A stretch of 64,000 nucleotides of DNA. Origin: Ascidiella aspersa (lineage: Eukaryota). Positions 48,801 through 62,049 of this stretch are shown piece after piece (positions within the stretch are counted from its first letter, which is position 1; each line of letters opens with the position of its first letter). The notes under the pieces are model-generated. The model was not told where the DNA came from. It searched no databases and saw only the letters and a program-made list of their open reading frames with translations. A program made the position numbers and the translations under genes. The DNA is taken from contig OZ004608.1 of assembly GCA_963924565.1 (NCBI GenBank), positions 11,532,001 through 11,596,000 of the forward strand, given 5' to 3'.

Positions 48801-51435
48801 CATCTTGGGTTATGTGGGAATTCTCCATAAAATATGAAATTAAAGTAAACCAACAATTTACGTTCGAGTGAATTACACAATGTGCTGGTTGATTTTTAAT
48901 TATGAAATACTTTTTGACACTCCTATTTTTTGTAATCTAAAACAACTTTGCATTCTGACAAATGACTTTTTTTATTCTTTGAAAAACAAACCTAAGAAAT
49001 TGTCAGGCCTGAAGTATCAGGTTGGTTTATATATCAGTTTCTAGAACTTACGTTTTGAAAGGTGAAGTTGAATCTAACAGCAAATGTGCGATCAACGACG
49101 ATCTCTTCGTCTTTCATTGCAACGCGCAGATCGGCTTCGACTTGTTTTCGTTCCTCGTCGCCGACAACACCGAAGTTTATGTTTTGCTCGGCTGCTGTCA
49201 AACATAGCGCTATGATTGTGATCGATATCAAAGCGTTTGAATGCTTGCTTTATCTAGTTTGGATTAAACCACTTGTGGAGCTAAAAATCACCTGGCCCCC
49301 AACCTTGCCGAAATAGTTAGTTTGCTCTTAGATACCCGTCTGTTGTAATCTCTATGTTAACGATTTTTTATAAAAAAAAATTTTTTTGACCAATAACTTT
49401 TAACAACAACTATTTTACAATTGATCCATAAACGATTTGTAAGTAACTATTAAAAATAGTTTACAAGAGCAAAACAATGCGTTACAATATACGCACAAAT
49501 CTTATTTGGTTGCAAAAGACGTTATGCCATCTGTTTTCACATAGTTTGCAATTGCGTTGCTGTATTGAAGGTTCCATGACACTATCGTGGAAATCTAACT
49601 TCATTTGATGAAATACTAAGGCGCGGTTAGACGCTACGTCATATGGTTTAAATTGTATCACATTTGCGAAACGTATTTCAAATAGGGAGAAACTCATTTT
49701 CGGATTCCCTGAATACATGAACAATATATCAAGAGGCCATTTTCAGGGACGCTTTACACTGTGACAATTGTTGAAATTAAAAACAAAATAGGAGGAAAAT
49801 TGGGAAAAGTGACAGAACTATTTATTGGCTTTGACATTTGAAAATATAGGAGGAAAATTGACCGTTCTAAACTCACGTTTCAGTGATGTGGTGTCGAGAA
49901 GCAGCGGAGCTAAGATAATAACGTCCTTCCTGGTCTTGCTAAGGACGCTGGTGCGCAGTGGTGATCCGAAGCTCACTGCTCCCACTGTATTGATCTGTAT
50001 TGTAGGTTTGCACTGTTATCAACCGTCTAATCACGTCTATAGGCGACCCAAGTAAAGACGTACATGCCTATGCCTTTATGAGGGGAGTATTTAGGTTTTG
50101 CCACATATGTAGGTGAGTGTCTGTTTGTGGAATGCGAACTTTTAACCGTGGCGTGAAATACCTTATCGAACGCGATAAGAATCTCGGCGACGCAGACTTG
50201 CATTTCTTGGACGAATGACAGTCCGTCTGTCTGGATTTAATTTAGGGACTGCACTGCCGTTTTACGTGAATGAGTGTTCGTGGATAATAATTGGGGCGCA
50301 ACTCCATTTATGACGTAGCTGTAGTGCTTCACAGCCATGACGTGGACGTTTCTGTCGTAGCTTCGATTTTAGTGATTAGATCTAACTTAGTATTGTGCTA
50401 TTTGTACGTCGATCTATCAAGGTATTTTCATCTACAATACTGTTCGAGGCGCAATGTTGTTGAGGGTTTTCAGATTCGACGGTTTTAGCGGATTTTTAAA
50501 TTCCATACTTCATGTAGTTATAGGCGAAAAACACATTCTACCAGTAAAATAAGGTTATCACGTCTTCTCAAAGCCCGGTAAACTAACTTAGCGGTAGGCT
50601 AGAGAAGGAAACTAGTCCGGAAATCAACGCCGGTACCTATACGCACCTACATACATAATAACTGCACTTGCGAAACCCACCAATTAGCATGCGCCTCGTC
50701 GATATTATCAACGGGTTTCGGATTAGCTGACGATAAATTTTATACAACAACTTCGCCCGCTGTTCATGACACCGAAACAAAGTTCGCAGTGTTTTTTGCT
50801 TTCGGGTCGAGAAAAGCCTGAGGCTTTTCAAAAATTATTTAGTTAGCCCTATAGTGCCAATGAAAAATGAGACATTTTTATCGGTTGTAATTACAGCTGA
50901 ATTAAAATACCCCCTTGTCGAAATATTTGACACTTGATATCCTAACAAAGCTTCCTAAAAATACACCTGAATACATTTACCCCAAATGTTTTACAATTAA
51001 TTTAAATAAGGCACATGCTTAATTTATAACCTGCTAAATATATATTGTCATATCGAAATTGATGGGCAAACTTTTACGTAAAAAATGGCCTGACTGTTAT
51101 TCACTCCGAATATGATGGCTAAAATTTTTACGTAACAAATGGCCTTATTGTGTCAATTACTCATGTCAGATATGTGAGATAACAACACACCACGATTGAA
51201 CATCTTATATACTCACAAATAACTTGTGGAATTTTCCTTGGCCGAAAATTTCGAAGGGCGTCGTGAGGTTCACCTCGATGTACCCGGTTTGAATATGTTG
51301 CGCGGTCATCGCGTTTTCGAGTTTTAACTCGGATTCATGTTGAATATTGTCCACATTGGCGGGCATCGTGAAGGCAATGACAACTAGGTTGAACATTGAA
51401 AGAACGACAAGTTCTGCGGTGTTGGGTGTTTTCAT
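45807..51435 (-). CDS. Small secreted protein: signal peptide + NIDO domain + one 4-Cys sushi/CCP-like module, ~350 aa
   Basis: In-phase exons 51435-51217, 49994-49877, 49194-49052, 48686-48561, 48045-47886, 46504-46262, 45850-45807. Hydrophobic leader LVVLSMFNLVVIAF. NIDO-like PFEIFG..LFINTVGAVSF..ILAPL..NAFQVVITSGGGETYVTFKY..ARAG..TNVGLPGQLYWR. Last module is encoded by a symmetric phase 1-1 exon. Confidence 0.8.
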
Positions 51436-54400
51436 TTTCGTCGGTGATGTTTGCTGGACGATTTTACTATTTCAACCGATATAGTTCGATTCATTGCACA
51501 TTCATTATTTCAATTAAAAGTTAATATCCAGTGGTCCTACTGTGCCCCGACATGTCCTAAAAGTTGCACAGCGTCAAAACATGAAAGATGTGGCGCACTC
51601 TTTGCCCTTAAGCACGGATGAAAATGAGTCTGTTTGTTGTCTTTAAACATCAACCGATATGAAAAGGTTTGTGGTGAACCTTCTCGTTAAAGTGCGCCGT
51701 TCTCTAAACAATACAAAATTCGAAGTTTTATTGATCTAAGCGACACGTTATCTTGGTGATATTGCTTAAATTTTAGTCGAAAATTGGAAAAGTGCTCTAT
51801 GTTGTGATTATGTGGTACATTTTACGTATTAATATCTATAATTATTACACAATAACCTTAATATATAAAAAAAATACACTGTTGATAATCGTCCTAAAAA
51901 CTTAAACATGCCGCACGATATCCAGTTTCTCACTATTATATTAAACACGATAAAATCAAAGCTCGAAGATTCTACTGAACACAATTCCACACGTAACAAG
52001 TGCACGCTACAAACTTAAAAATGATGAACTGTGTTTTTATAAAATCTCGACAGATGCCTTTAAAACTTGCGCTAAAAACGGAACTCGTCGTCCTTTTTCA
52101 CTAAACCTAACCTGTATCTCAAAACCTGTCTAAACGCAATTCTCAATTGAACCTTGATAAGGGGTGTAGCATTACACTGTTAAATAGTAGAAATGTGCTC
52201 GACCAACACACGAGAAAAAAAAGGTTCGGAAGACACAATCCCGTAATTACAAGCGAAATAACTATATACCGAGGAAATCTTTCTTTTCAACGCTGTCCAG
52301 AGTCTTGAAATAACGCGTGTCGGGAGGTTTCGTAATCGTTGTCGTAATGTTCAGAAAAAGGTGAAGTTCGCGGGTCTTTTCGCGCTGGTTACCAATTCTC
52401 ACGCTTTGTAGAAAAAAGTATTTAAAGCCATTTGATGGTAGCACCAAAACACCACTAGTTATATGTTATTTCACACTTTTGTTCTATTTATCTTTATTCA
52501 AATACAATCATCATTAAAAAAATGATTCAAAAATTTATTCAAAACAATTTCTAAACTATTTTCTTCCATACCAACAACCACATCGCGTTTATAATACAAC
52601 AGTGAACTTTACGAACGTTCGTAGGTAGTATTTTCCGGCAGAAAAAAATATAAAGATATTAGTTTGCTGGTTCTTATTTTACCTTGTTTAAGCTTGTCAC
52701 GAACCCTGATAATTGACATTCTACTACCACACCCCACTATGCCGACTAAACCAGGAGCAAAGTTCTTAATTACTCTCAATTAATCAGCTAACCCCTACCT
52801 AAACGTCCTTCGGGGTCCAAGCCGCATCCTCAATTGCCCAATTTTCCACGGAATACGACACCTTCCATAAACTAAAAATATGTCGCTCTGGTTTTGCACG
52901 CGTGACTCCGCTACCTGATTCATTATTATCGTAAGAGATCCGAATTGTAGCGCTTTAGATGACGTCGCTGCGTGACACGTTCAAGTCGAAAGTTACAAGA
53001 ATATCTGCGCCTTTCCACGTGCGTCACCGACCGACGGTTGCGCGGATCTCGGTAAACCCGACATTGCGAGCAGCGTGCAGGTGCCGGGCGTTACTGCTGC
53101 GAGAGCCTGTAAGGAGCAGATACGGAGGCTAAGCTTTATATGCTGGTGTATATGGCAATTACGGCGCAGCAACCAAAAGGAAGTAATTCCACAAACCGAA
53201 CCTAGCCCGTGTGAACGCAATTACGGTTAAAACACAACGTCCTCGGAATCAACAGTTGGCCCTGGACGGTAATTTCACAGTTTGTCATCTCCAATTAAAC
53301 GGCTGCTGTCGCAACCTCAACAGATCCTCGAATCAACTTCAATATAGTGACGCGGTGATTTATATGTATTAGGCAGCGAACTGGACTAACTAGTTCAGCA
53401 ACTACCGGCGCCTTTGGCGAGCGTCTAATCTCGCGGTTCCTTTCTGAATTTGCGGCCTATACGGAGGGATTTGTTGCCTACGCAAACCGTTCCCGCTGCG
53501 GTTTTTCGCTGCGCCCTACCCTTTCACAAACTGGTTTATATAGATATTTGGAGTCACTGCAAGCGAGGTGACGGGAACTTGGTCCCGTTGAGAACTTAAT
53601 TGCAGCAACCAGCGCTTGTTTAGATTGCGGTTTATAAATCGGGGAAATTTGCCATAAAGCAAAGCTTATATACCTATATTTTTAAAGATCGCCTTTTTTC
53701 AAATCTTACCCATATTTGTCTTTTAAATGACTTTTAAAGTGTACCTTTTTTGTCTTTAAAGTATTTTTTTAAACTAGCTATTTTTTTTTTAAAGAAAAAA
53801 TTTCTTGAATATATTGCTTACGAAATAAAATAAAAAAAGGTTTCCCAAACGTTTGAAAGCTGATTTAATATCCGATATCAACATGCGTATTATTTAAAAA
53901 AATGTTTAATAGAAAACATCATTTATACGTTTTACTTCCCTTAAAAAGAGCCAAAGTAATGCCATAACACTTATCACACAGCGTCTTATTACAGGAACAT
54001 AGTATATTTTTGACTTGACATTTGTATCCCGAGGTGCCAAAGGTTATGTATTGAGAAATATAACCGTCGTGTCTCATTTGCGTTTATTTCTAAAACGGTA
54101 TAAATGTCTGATTTATAGTTTATCCGGTTTAGTCTCGTTTTTTTCATTGTATTTGGTTGTGGAATTGAATTAGATTGTGAATTCATGGGCAGCTTAAGAC
54201 ATAATACGTCTAACCCAATATATCTTACGTGCGTTTTTTAGTAATAAAAACAACCTCTCCGTTTTTTAAATATTTAGTGGCACGATTTTATAAGTTTTGT
54301 TATCAAAATTATTTTTATCTCATAGAGCCGAACAAAACAGATCTGGCACATAAAAGTCATGTACGCATATGATTTATTTTAAAAAACTGTGGAAAATGAT

Positions 54401-56743
54401 GTTTATTGTTTTTCAACAAAAAAATATCATGTCATCAACGCCTTTATTAATGTTGTCTCGGATCGATGCACATCTACGTCTCAGTATTGGGCATCGGCTT
54501 CGATCAAATATTGTCGGATATCCCTATAGTTAGACATACCACGGGCAGGAGAGAAAGTAATTAGCATCGTGTGTTTCTTCGAGCTGAGATATGGTAAATT
54601 GTCAAACAAACGCCACCCAACCCAGCAAAATAATTTTCCGCTTCAACCGACTTATCCGCAAGTGAAATATCCCGCTATCGCAACACGCAATCACGGAAAC
54701 CACGAAAGTGAAAAACGTAAAACCTGTTTCTTAGCACGCAACTAATCATGCTCGCGTTTTGCTCAGGTCACGACCAAACTGTTGTCGATCACGCTTTGAA
54801 CGCGTGATCAAGGCGTTCTTTGAAGAAATCGGTTCCTGGCGCACGTGGTGGCATAATCCGAGGTAAAAGTCGGAGACTGATGACGCGTTTGTTAATGACT
54901 TGTTGCGTTATTTGTGGTCAGCTTTGCGTTAACCCGGCACCTCGTAAATGCCAGGTGAAGTTAAAACGGCGAAGGTCGAGAGCATTTTACGCATAAGCCG
55001 CGATAAACTTATTATCTAGCAAACACCGGACAAAAGGTTAGCTGAATCGGTTAACAAACAACACATTCACATGAAAGTGGATTTGCACTTTGAATCTAAT
55101 TGCATTTTATGTTTCAATATTTTTTTAAGTTTATGAAAAGTTCATCGTACAAATAAACGTATTGGTAACTGCTGATTTTTTGTGGTTTTTATAACTATCT
55201 ATTCTTCATTTGTTTTTGGGTCCCCAATAATTCTTTGCTTTTCTGAAAAAAAAAAAAAAGGTAATAAATATTTTATAAAAAATTAGGTCTTGAATGATTA
55301 TGTTTTTTTGAAATATGTGTTGATTTAAGAAAAAAAAAAAAGCTAACTTTTAGTTCGTAATAATTTATTTTAGGGCTCAGGGATCCGACAATTCGTTAAG
55401 TATTTGAGCTGCCAAAAAGCAATATAACTACAACGTATTTTAATACAAATTTCAGAAAATAATAACTTTAATACATTATAATTCCAAGTTGTCGGTAAGA
55501 TAAACCTTTCTTGGCAGCAGATTTATGATACGTCTTATCGTACCGGACCATGAAATCGCTTTTGATTTGTATATACTTAAAGACCTATACGCCTAGGGAT
55601 CCTTTGTTAGCAAAAGTTCGGGAGAGGCGGTTATTCTTGCTAACATATTTCACCACAACTTTTTGATATAGTTGTTATCTCACGTACTAAACGCAAAATA
55701 ACATTAAACTAATGGTTTAACAATATGTCTTCTAACTTCCGACGGTTCTCCGATTACGTCAATGTTGTTTGTTTTCCGAAGCAACGACATTGGTCCTAAT
55801 GTAATACTTTTAGTACATACGTGTATTCAAATAAGTATAAGCTTATTGGTAAAATAAAAAATATTTGGGTCATTGTCAAATGCAAAGTTCTTACCATTTT
55901 TAATGCTATACCTTAAATTACGTGCTTACAATAAAAAAGATAGGCGTGAACGAGTTCGAAATAACCGCAAGCAGAAGTTACAGCTTTGTGTCAATGCTTC
56001 CTCCCATTAGGTATTTCTTACAATAGTATCAGATATTTGTTATCTCATACGACGATGGTAATTATAGTCCATATTGGCTAAAATACTCTACGCTATTAGC
56101 GCACTATGGCTGCCCTGGAAAAAATTGTAATATCTAATAACGTTTTCTGATCTGTGTGACCAAATGTTTCGCTGATGTATTTTTCACAGTATATTTAAAT
56201 ACGTTTTAGCCTCGTGCGTATCTGAATACCTCTATCATTCTAGAACAGGCTTCCGGTGTATACTGGCCTTGATACTAATTTTAAGCAGTGTTAATTTGCC
56301 CAAAGCCTACATTTCCTGTCCCTTCGGGGCAACGCAAATATGTTTTAAGCAATTTCGCGAGACAGTGACACTCTATCAGTGGTGGCAAATATGGCAGCTA
56401 TGCGTTGATAGCGCAGGCCAAAGCCATCACCAATCTTCACAAAGCACTAACTCATCAACATTGCCCTGTCACGTTTTACGCATTGCCAATACACACTAAT
56501 CCCCAGGTAGAAACGCATGGGTCATAGAAGGCAGACAGTTTACTGCTTTCATTAAATCAATGTTGCCCATATGTCCGATTTTATGTTTTAGATTAGAAGC
56601 TCCCTGGTCGCTTGAGGCAAGTTTTCTATTGCAACACGTTTGGGTCAAATCTATTGATTGGTTTACTTCTGCACAGATCTTTTGTCGAAACAAGCATTGG
56701 AGGTCCATCGATTACGGCAGTGCTCCTCAGCCGTTGTGCACGG

Positions 56744-56797
56744 TACACTCTAAGGTGCACCAAAATATGGCTACACTCTAAGGTGCACCAAAATATG
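56744..56797. repeat. 28-bp tandem duplication (TACACTCTAAGGTGCACCAAAATATG x2)
   Basis: Directly visible. Confidence 0.85.
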
Positions 56798-58674
56798 CAT
56801 GGGGTTCACCAGTACGAAAGGGTATACAAGTGTGCATCATAAACTTTTAATGAACCAATAATACTTCACAGATTTATTGATAATTAAATAGTTTCTTTGC
56901 TATTTTTTTTTCAAGTTTGTTTAAATGCTGTTTTATGACATTCAACAGTACTCGCAAGCAGTCTGCAGCCATATAAAACTCTCACCAACATTGTGAAAGA
57001 GCACTGGATTACGGTACTCTTAAAAAGCTTAGGAACAAGAAATTAAAAAAATCATTGTCCTCGACTTTAGCGAAAACACCATGTTTTGTATAGCATGGTG
57101 GTCCAAAAACAGGTTACACCGAGATGAACTTGCAAAAAGGTTTGCACACGGCCGCAACGAAAATGTGTGAAGAGGATAATTAGGCAGGACGGTGACGTTA
57201 AGTATTGGACCTGCAAATTACCGGTAAAATAGCGCGTTTGTATACTGGTGTGTTGGCGAAGAGGGGTGCGAGAACGCTTATTAAATTTGGCGACGCAATT
57301 TTTGCCTAACTGGCTTTTTAAAGTATCATCCAAAGTTTTTTTCTCGGCCTATGAAGCAAAAAATAAATAATGTGGTTTGAAAAACAAACAGATTGAAGTG
57401 ACCCGGACTTCTGAGCTACCGTATATATTTGCTCGAAAATCGTTGAGTAAAACTTTCAATTTCGATAGGAGGGTTTTCTTGTGTGAAAGTGTTTCAATTA
57501 TTATAATTTATTTGGTAAAATTTTAGCTTCTTTATTTTCTCTTTTATGTACTTTTCCGTCACGCACCTGTCTCATTCATTATTTTTTTTTCAAGTGGGAC
57601 AATTACGGCAGTTGCTATGTTTAATAAACAACCCGGTGCAGGAGGGATATATGTATGACCAGTAGCCATATTTTGAAATTACCCTACATATGTATGAGCA
57701 TTTAATAAGAAATTAGTACTTTTATTTATATCATCACAATTAACTTAAAAGGCTACTATATGCACAGCAGGCAATACTTTAGACGTTTGCTAATATAGGC
57801 AACCGAAAAAGTTAAAACAACGTTGTTTGAGATAACTTTAGTTCGAAAGGCGTTTTTTATAAATTTGAAGAAAAGGAAAAAATACACCGTTACCCTAGTT
57901 AGGTTTGCAAAAATTGTACTTTTTTAAAAACTTAAAAGGAAAAGGAATATCTGATTGTATCGTTCGTAAAAACGAAAACTGTTTAAATTGCCGTCTCAGC
58001 ACAAAACATAAAACAGAACAGACAAAAAATGCAAAATTTATGAAGTACAGGTGTGAACTACTGACGCATCAGTGGATATTGGTATGCGATCCGATTAAAT
58101 GCCGCCCACTGAACCATGACGCGCTTGTTTTGCTGACAAGGTTTTCAGTCAATGTCCCCATCTTTAAGTTATATGTCGTTGCTTAAAGTTACACGTGCAA
58201 TATGAAGAGGTTTAGTTTCGGTTTCAAAGTCTTGGCTTTGCGAAACAATTTTTTGATAGCATTTAATAAAATGTTTTGGTACCGGTTTGACTATTTCACA
58301 TAAATGACTTCAAATGCGGGAGGCAATATAATATTTTGTAAGATTTTGATGACATTTATCTCTTTACATTGGTGTTTAAGTATTATCGTTATTTTATAAA
58401 ATAAATTATATGAAGGGACTCGTTTTACAACACTTTAGTTAGGTTATTCATCATAACCACCGCTGAAGCTGATGTTTTGAATAGTTATGTTTGTTTAATT
58501 AAGTATTTATACAATGCAAATCTATGAGCTCAAAACAAAAATTCCATATATGCTTACTAAAATTTGGAATCATTGTATTATTAGGCGTGCTTTTATTGTT
58601 GGCTGTTTAGCTAGGCCTTGTGTGTAGTAATTTATATTTTTCATATTTAGTACATGAAATTTTATTTAAAAAAA

Positions 58675-60402
58675 ATGTCGTTTGACTTATCTGAACTTGA
58701 CTATGTCACTGCGGAGGAGACATTGCAAAACCACAACTTCAACAGTGAAGCATTTTCCATGATGCAGCATATCAGACGTCAAGGTAAAATGTGTGATGTG
58801 ACACTGAAGGTAGATGACACAAAGTTCTCAGCTCACCGGATCATTCTAGCCGCTTCAATTCCCTACTTCAACAGTATGTTCACCTGCGACATGATGGAGA
58901 CTCATAAAAATGAAATTGTCATACAAGGCATCGAAGAACATGCCCTTGAATCACTTATTAACTATGCCTACACTGGTAGTATCACAGTTGACAACAGAAG
59001 TGTTCAATCTGTCATGGTCGGTGCCAATTTTCTTCAGCTTGACGTTGTCAAAGATTTCTGCTGTGAATTCATGAAGAAACAGCTCCACCCTAACAACTGT
59101 CTTGGCATCCGACAGTTTGGCGAAATGCTTATGTGCTTGCCCCTTGTTGAAAAAGCCAACAGCTATCTACACCAGCATTTTGTGGAAGTTTCCAAGTCAG
59201 AAGAATTCCTCACACTTTCAAAGGATGCCGTCATCAAGATTCTGATGCGCAATGAGCTTCATGTGAAGTCAGAGGAACAAGTGTTTCATGCAGCTGCTGC
59301 TTGGGCAAAACATGACCCAGAGAACCGTTCTGCTTATATGCATGAGCTGCTTCAACAAGTCCGGCTTCCCCTGCTACGTCCCGAATTTCTTAGTGACGTT
59401 GTGCAGGTTGATCAAGCAGTTAAGCCCTGTCTCAACTGCAGGGATCTGGTGGACAAGGCAAAAGATTATCACCTGATTCCTGATAGAAGATCTGAATTTC
59501 CTCCAAACGTTGTACGTCCACGTTACTGTAGCGAGATTCTTGACATGATCTATGCTGTTGGTGGCCTGACTTCTGCTGGAGAAGCACTAAACACTGTAGA
59601 AAAGTATACACCAATAGTTGGAAGGTGGGAGATTGTGGCATCAATGCACACCTGCAGGAGTCGTGTTGGTGTGGCAGTTCTGGCTGGCCAGCTTTATGCA
59701 GTTGGTGGATATGATGGTACAAATCGCCTCAATACTGTTGAGCTCTATCTTCCTGATGCTGACGAATGGTGTGACATTAAGCCAATGCAGGAAAAGCGAA
59801 GTGCCTTGGCATGTGTCGCTCATGATGACCAGCTTTTTGTGTGTGGAGGATATGATGGTATTGCTTCCTTAAGCAGCTGTGAAGTCTACCGGCCACACAC
59901 GCAGGATTGGGCAAAGATTGCCAACATGAATAAGAGCAGAAGTGCTGCTGCTGTGTGTGTCTTTGAAGGAACTGTATATGTTCTTGGTGGTCACGACGGC
60001 TTGTCTTTATTCAACTCCATTGAGTACTATGACCCTAAACAGGATAAGTGGTGCCTGAGTGTGCCGATGCTGTCGAAGCGTTGCAGACATGGGGTCACCT
60101 CTTTGCAAGGTCGCATGTTTGTCGTTGGCGGCTATGATGGGCAAAAGTTTCTTAACTCTGTTGAAGTTTTTGACAAGGTAACTTACCAGTGGTGTTTCAT
60201 TGCACCTATGCGGTTACGGCGAAGCCGTGTCGGCGTGGCTGTAAGTGGCGGCAAAATTTATGCTCTTGGGGGTTATGATGGCTGCTCCAATCTCAACTCC
60301 GTAGAAGTTTATGACCCTGAATCAAACTCTTGGAAGGATTCTGACCGAATGTGGGCCCATGATGGAGGTGTCGGGGTTGGTGCTGTTCCCTTTTCCACCT
60401 AA
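58675..60402 (+). CDS. KLHL18: Kelch-like protein 18 (BTB-BACK-6xKelch), intronless
   Basis: IRRQGKMCDVTLKV..SAHRIILAASIPYF, LHPNNCLG, YAVGGLTSAG, RSRVGVAV, GGHDGLSLFNS, AHDGGVGVG. Start is either 58654 or 58675; acceptor AG at 58650. Confidence 0.92.
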   Translation: MSFDLSELDYVTAEETLQNHNFNSEAFSMMQHIRRQGKMCDVTLKVDDTKFSAHRIILAASIPYFNSMFTCDMMETHKNEIVIQGIEEHALESLINYAYTGSITVDNRSVQSVMVGANFLQLDVVKDFCCEFMKKQLHPNNCLGIRQFGEMLMCLPLVEKANSYLHQHFVEVSKSEEFLTLSKDAVIKILMRNELHVKSEEQVFHAAAAWAKHDPENRSAYMHELLQQVRLPLLRPEFLSDVVQVDQAVKPCLNCRDLVDKAKDYHLIPDRRSEFPPNVVRPRYCSEILDMIYAVGGLTSAGEALNTVEKYTPIVGRWEIVASMHTCRSRVGVAVLAGQLYAVGGYDGTNRLNTVELYLPDADEWCDIKPMQEKRSALACVAHDDQLFVCGGYDGIASLSSCEVYRPHTQDWAKIANMNKSRSAAAVCVFEGTVYVLGGHDGLSLFNSIEYYDPKQDKWCLSVPMLSKRCRHGVTSLQGRMFVVGGYDGQKFLNSVEVFDKVTYQWCFIAPMRLRRSRVGVAVSGGKIYALGGYDGCSNLNSVEVYDPESNSWKDSDRMWAHDGGVGVGAVPFST

Positions 60403-60891
60403 TTCATTTCCCTTAATTTTTGCCAAAAGAAATTGTTCATGATTCTCTTTTCCATAACAAAAAAATGTGTTCCTTGAATCCCAATTAATTAATATTTGTC
60501 AAACTTTAATGCGGACAAAGTTTAAATGGAATTTAACCTATTTTTTAATTTAAAATTTTGGTTGACTGTGTAGTTATTGTTTTTTGTCCTTTTGCTTATC
60601 ATTTTTGTCTAACAACATTGTCATTGCTTATTGTCTTTCTATCCAAATGTCCTCTCTCAAAATTCGTTTTTTGTCCAGTTGTTGTCTTGTCTTCTCCTTT
60701 TTATGTTCGTTTTTGAAATACAAATATTTTATCTTGAGCTGGATGATTAACTTATATTTTATATAGACTGCTTTTAATGCATTTTGTTATTTCAACAGCA
60801 ACAAATGTTTTAAATTCATTCCACTAGTTAATTGCACATTCTTTTTAAGTAGTTTCCATGTGTAATATTTTGAGCAACAGATCAAGATTTT

Positions 60892-60970
60892 AGAGCCTTA
60901 TACATACATATACTTATACATACATATACAAAGAAGGGTATTCAGAGCCTTATACATACATATACAAAGA
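60892..60970. repeat. Short direct repeats (AGAGCCTTATACATACATATAC...) in the KLHL18/UQCRB 3' interval
   Basis: Three copies of the CTTATACATACATATAC core. Confidence 0.8.
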
Positions 60971-61509
60971 TTACAACATTTGAGTTGTATATGTAGAAAA
61001 CTATTCTGTTTCATAACAGAAGCCAAAACACCCTAAACCAGGCACCCCTAGAAGTTGATTGCTGAAATTCATTCTATTCAAATAAGCGGAATAAGTAGTA
61101 GCCGCCGGGGTCAGACAGGTCGGTTTATTTTTATAGCCTGATACAGATTAGGGTTTAGGGTTATTTTTTACAACTCTGCAGCCCTGTCCTAAACTAAGGT
61201 TCACACAGAATGTTTTAGAGGTCGCAGGAATTACTTTAACAGTAGTATAAATTTCAAGAAAAGTGTACCTTTTTCTGATCTACTCTTCCAGACACAACCC
61301 TTTAATGAGTTAAGCTATGCTTTAAAAAATAGTTTAGATGTACACCAAGTGTTATCCTTAAAGTGTTTACTTTATCAATACAAATGTGTATTCAACCACA
61401 AAATCCTTTAACAAACACAAATTTATTGAATGATATATCCGTTTTGGGCAAATATTATAATATTTTGGAACTCCTAAAGCTTGCAGATATCCTAGGAAAC
61501 ATTTTTAAA

Positions 61510-62049
61510 TTAAACCAACAGCTGTTGCTTCAATTGATTGCGTAGCTTGTAGATTTGGAGGTAGTTTATGATACGGAAGGGGATCATGGCGAGTCTCTCG
61601 GTCGAGCTTTCAAAATCCAACAGGGCACACTTCATCAGATTTCTCTCCTGGATCTCTTTTTTCATTCCATCGACAATAGGCTTCATGTATTGATGTTCGG
61701 CATCCATGGGCGTCCACTGGTCTTTTGGAAGCAACTGATGATTGGCTGAGAGCAACATAGCTCGGTTGATTCGAAACCAACGGGCTTGTGCCTGCTCATC
61801 GGTCATCCTTTTTCGGGCCATTTTGATAAGGGAGCTCTCCTCGTGTAACATGTCGTCATTGAGCAATCCCAACCTAGCGTAACCGGTTGCTGTGTAATTC
61901 AGCTTTTCCCATTTCTTTTCCAAATTGGAAGAATCGCTTTTAATGCTGTCAAGCTGATTTGCAAACTTGCCAACCTCCCAATTGGTGTTGACTGCATTGG
62001 TCGGTCGAATCTTTTTCAAAATTTGAAGCCCGTGCTTTGTGGCGGACAT
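61510..62049 (-). CDS. UQCRB: Cytochrome b-c1 complex subunit 7 (QCR7), intronless CDS, 179 aa
   Basis: YTATGYARLGLLNDDMLHEE..RWFRINRAMLLSANHQLLPKDQWT..YMKP..KKEIQER matches the UCR_14kD pattern. Acceptor at 62071-72; minus-strand AATAAA at ~61422-27. Confidence 0.88.
   Translation of the reverse strand: MSATKHGLQILKKIRPTNAVNTNWEVGKFANQLDSIKSDSSNLEKKWEKLNYTATGYARLGLLNDDMLHEESSLIKMARKRMTDEQAQARWFRINRAMLLSANHQLLPKDQWTPMDAEHQYMKPIVDGMKKEIQERNLMKCALLDFESSTERLAMIPFRIINYLQIYKLRNQLKQQLLV

Noticed and set aside
11786-51435. Non-canonical or U12 introns
   Set aside because: Every intron reconstructed in KCMF1, STRIP1, the phosphatase, POLR2E and the NIDO gene is standard GT-AG.
11786-60402. Ubiquitin-themed cluster (KCMF1, UBE4B, KLHL18)
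   Set aside because: Ubiquitin-system genes are abundant and are interspersed here with unrelated genes. There is no evidence of a functional cluster.
61148-61163. TTAGGG-like motif
   Set aside because: Only two imperfect units; not a telomeric array.
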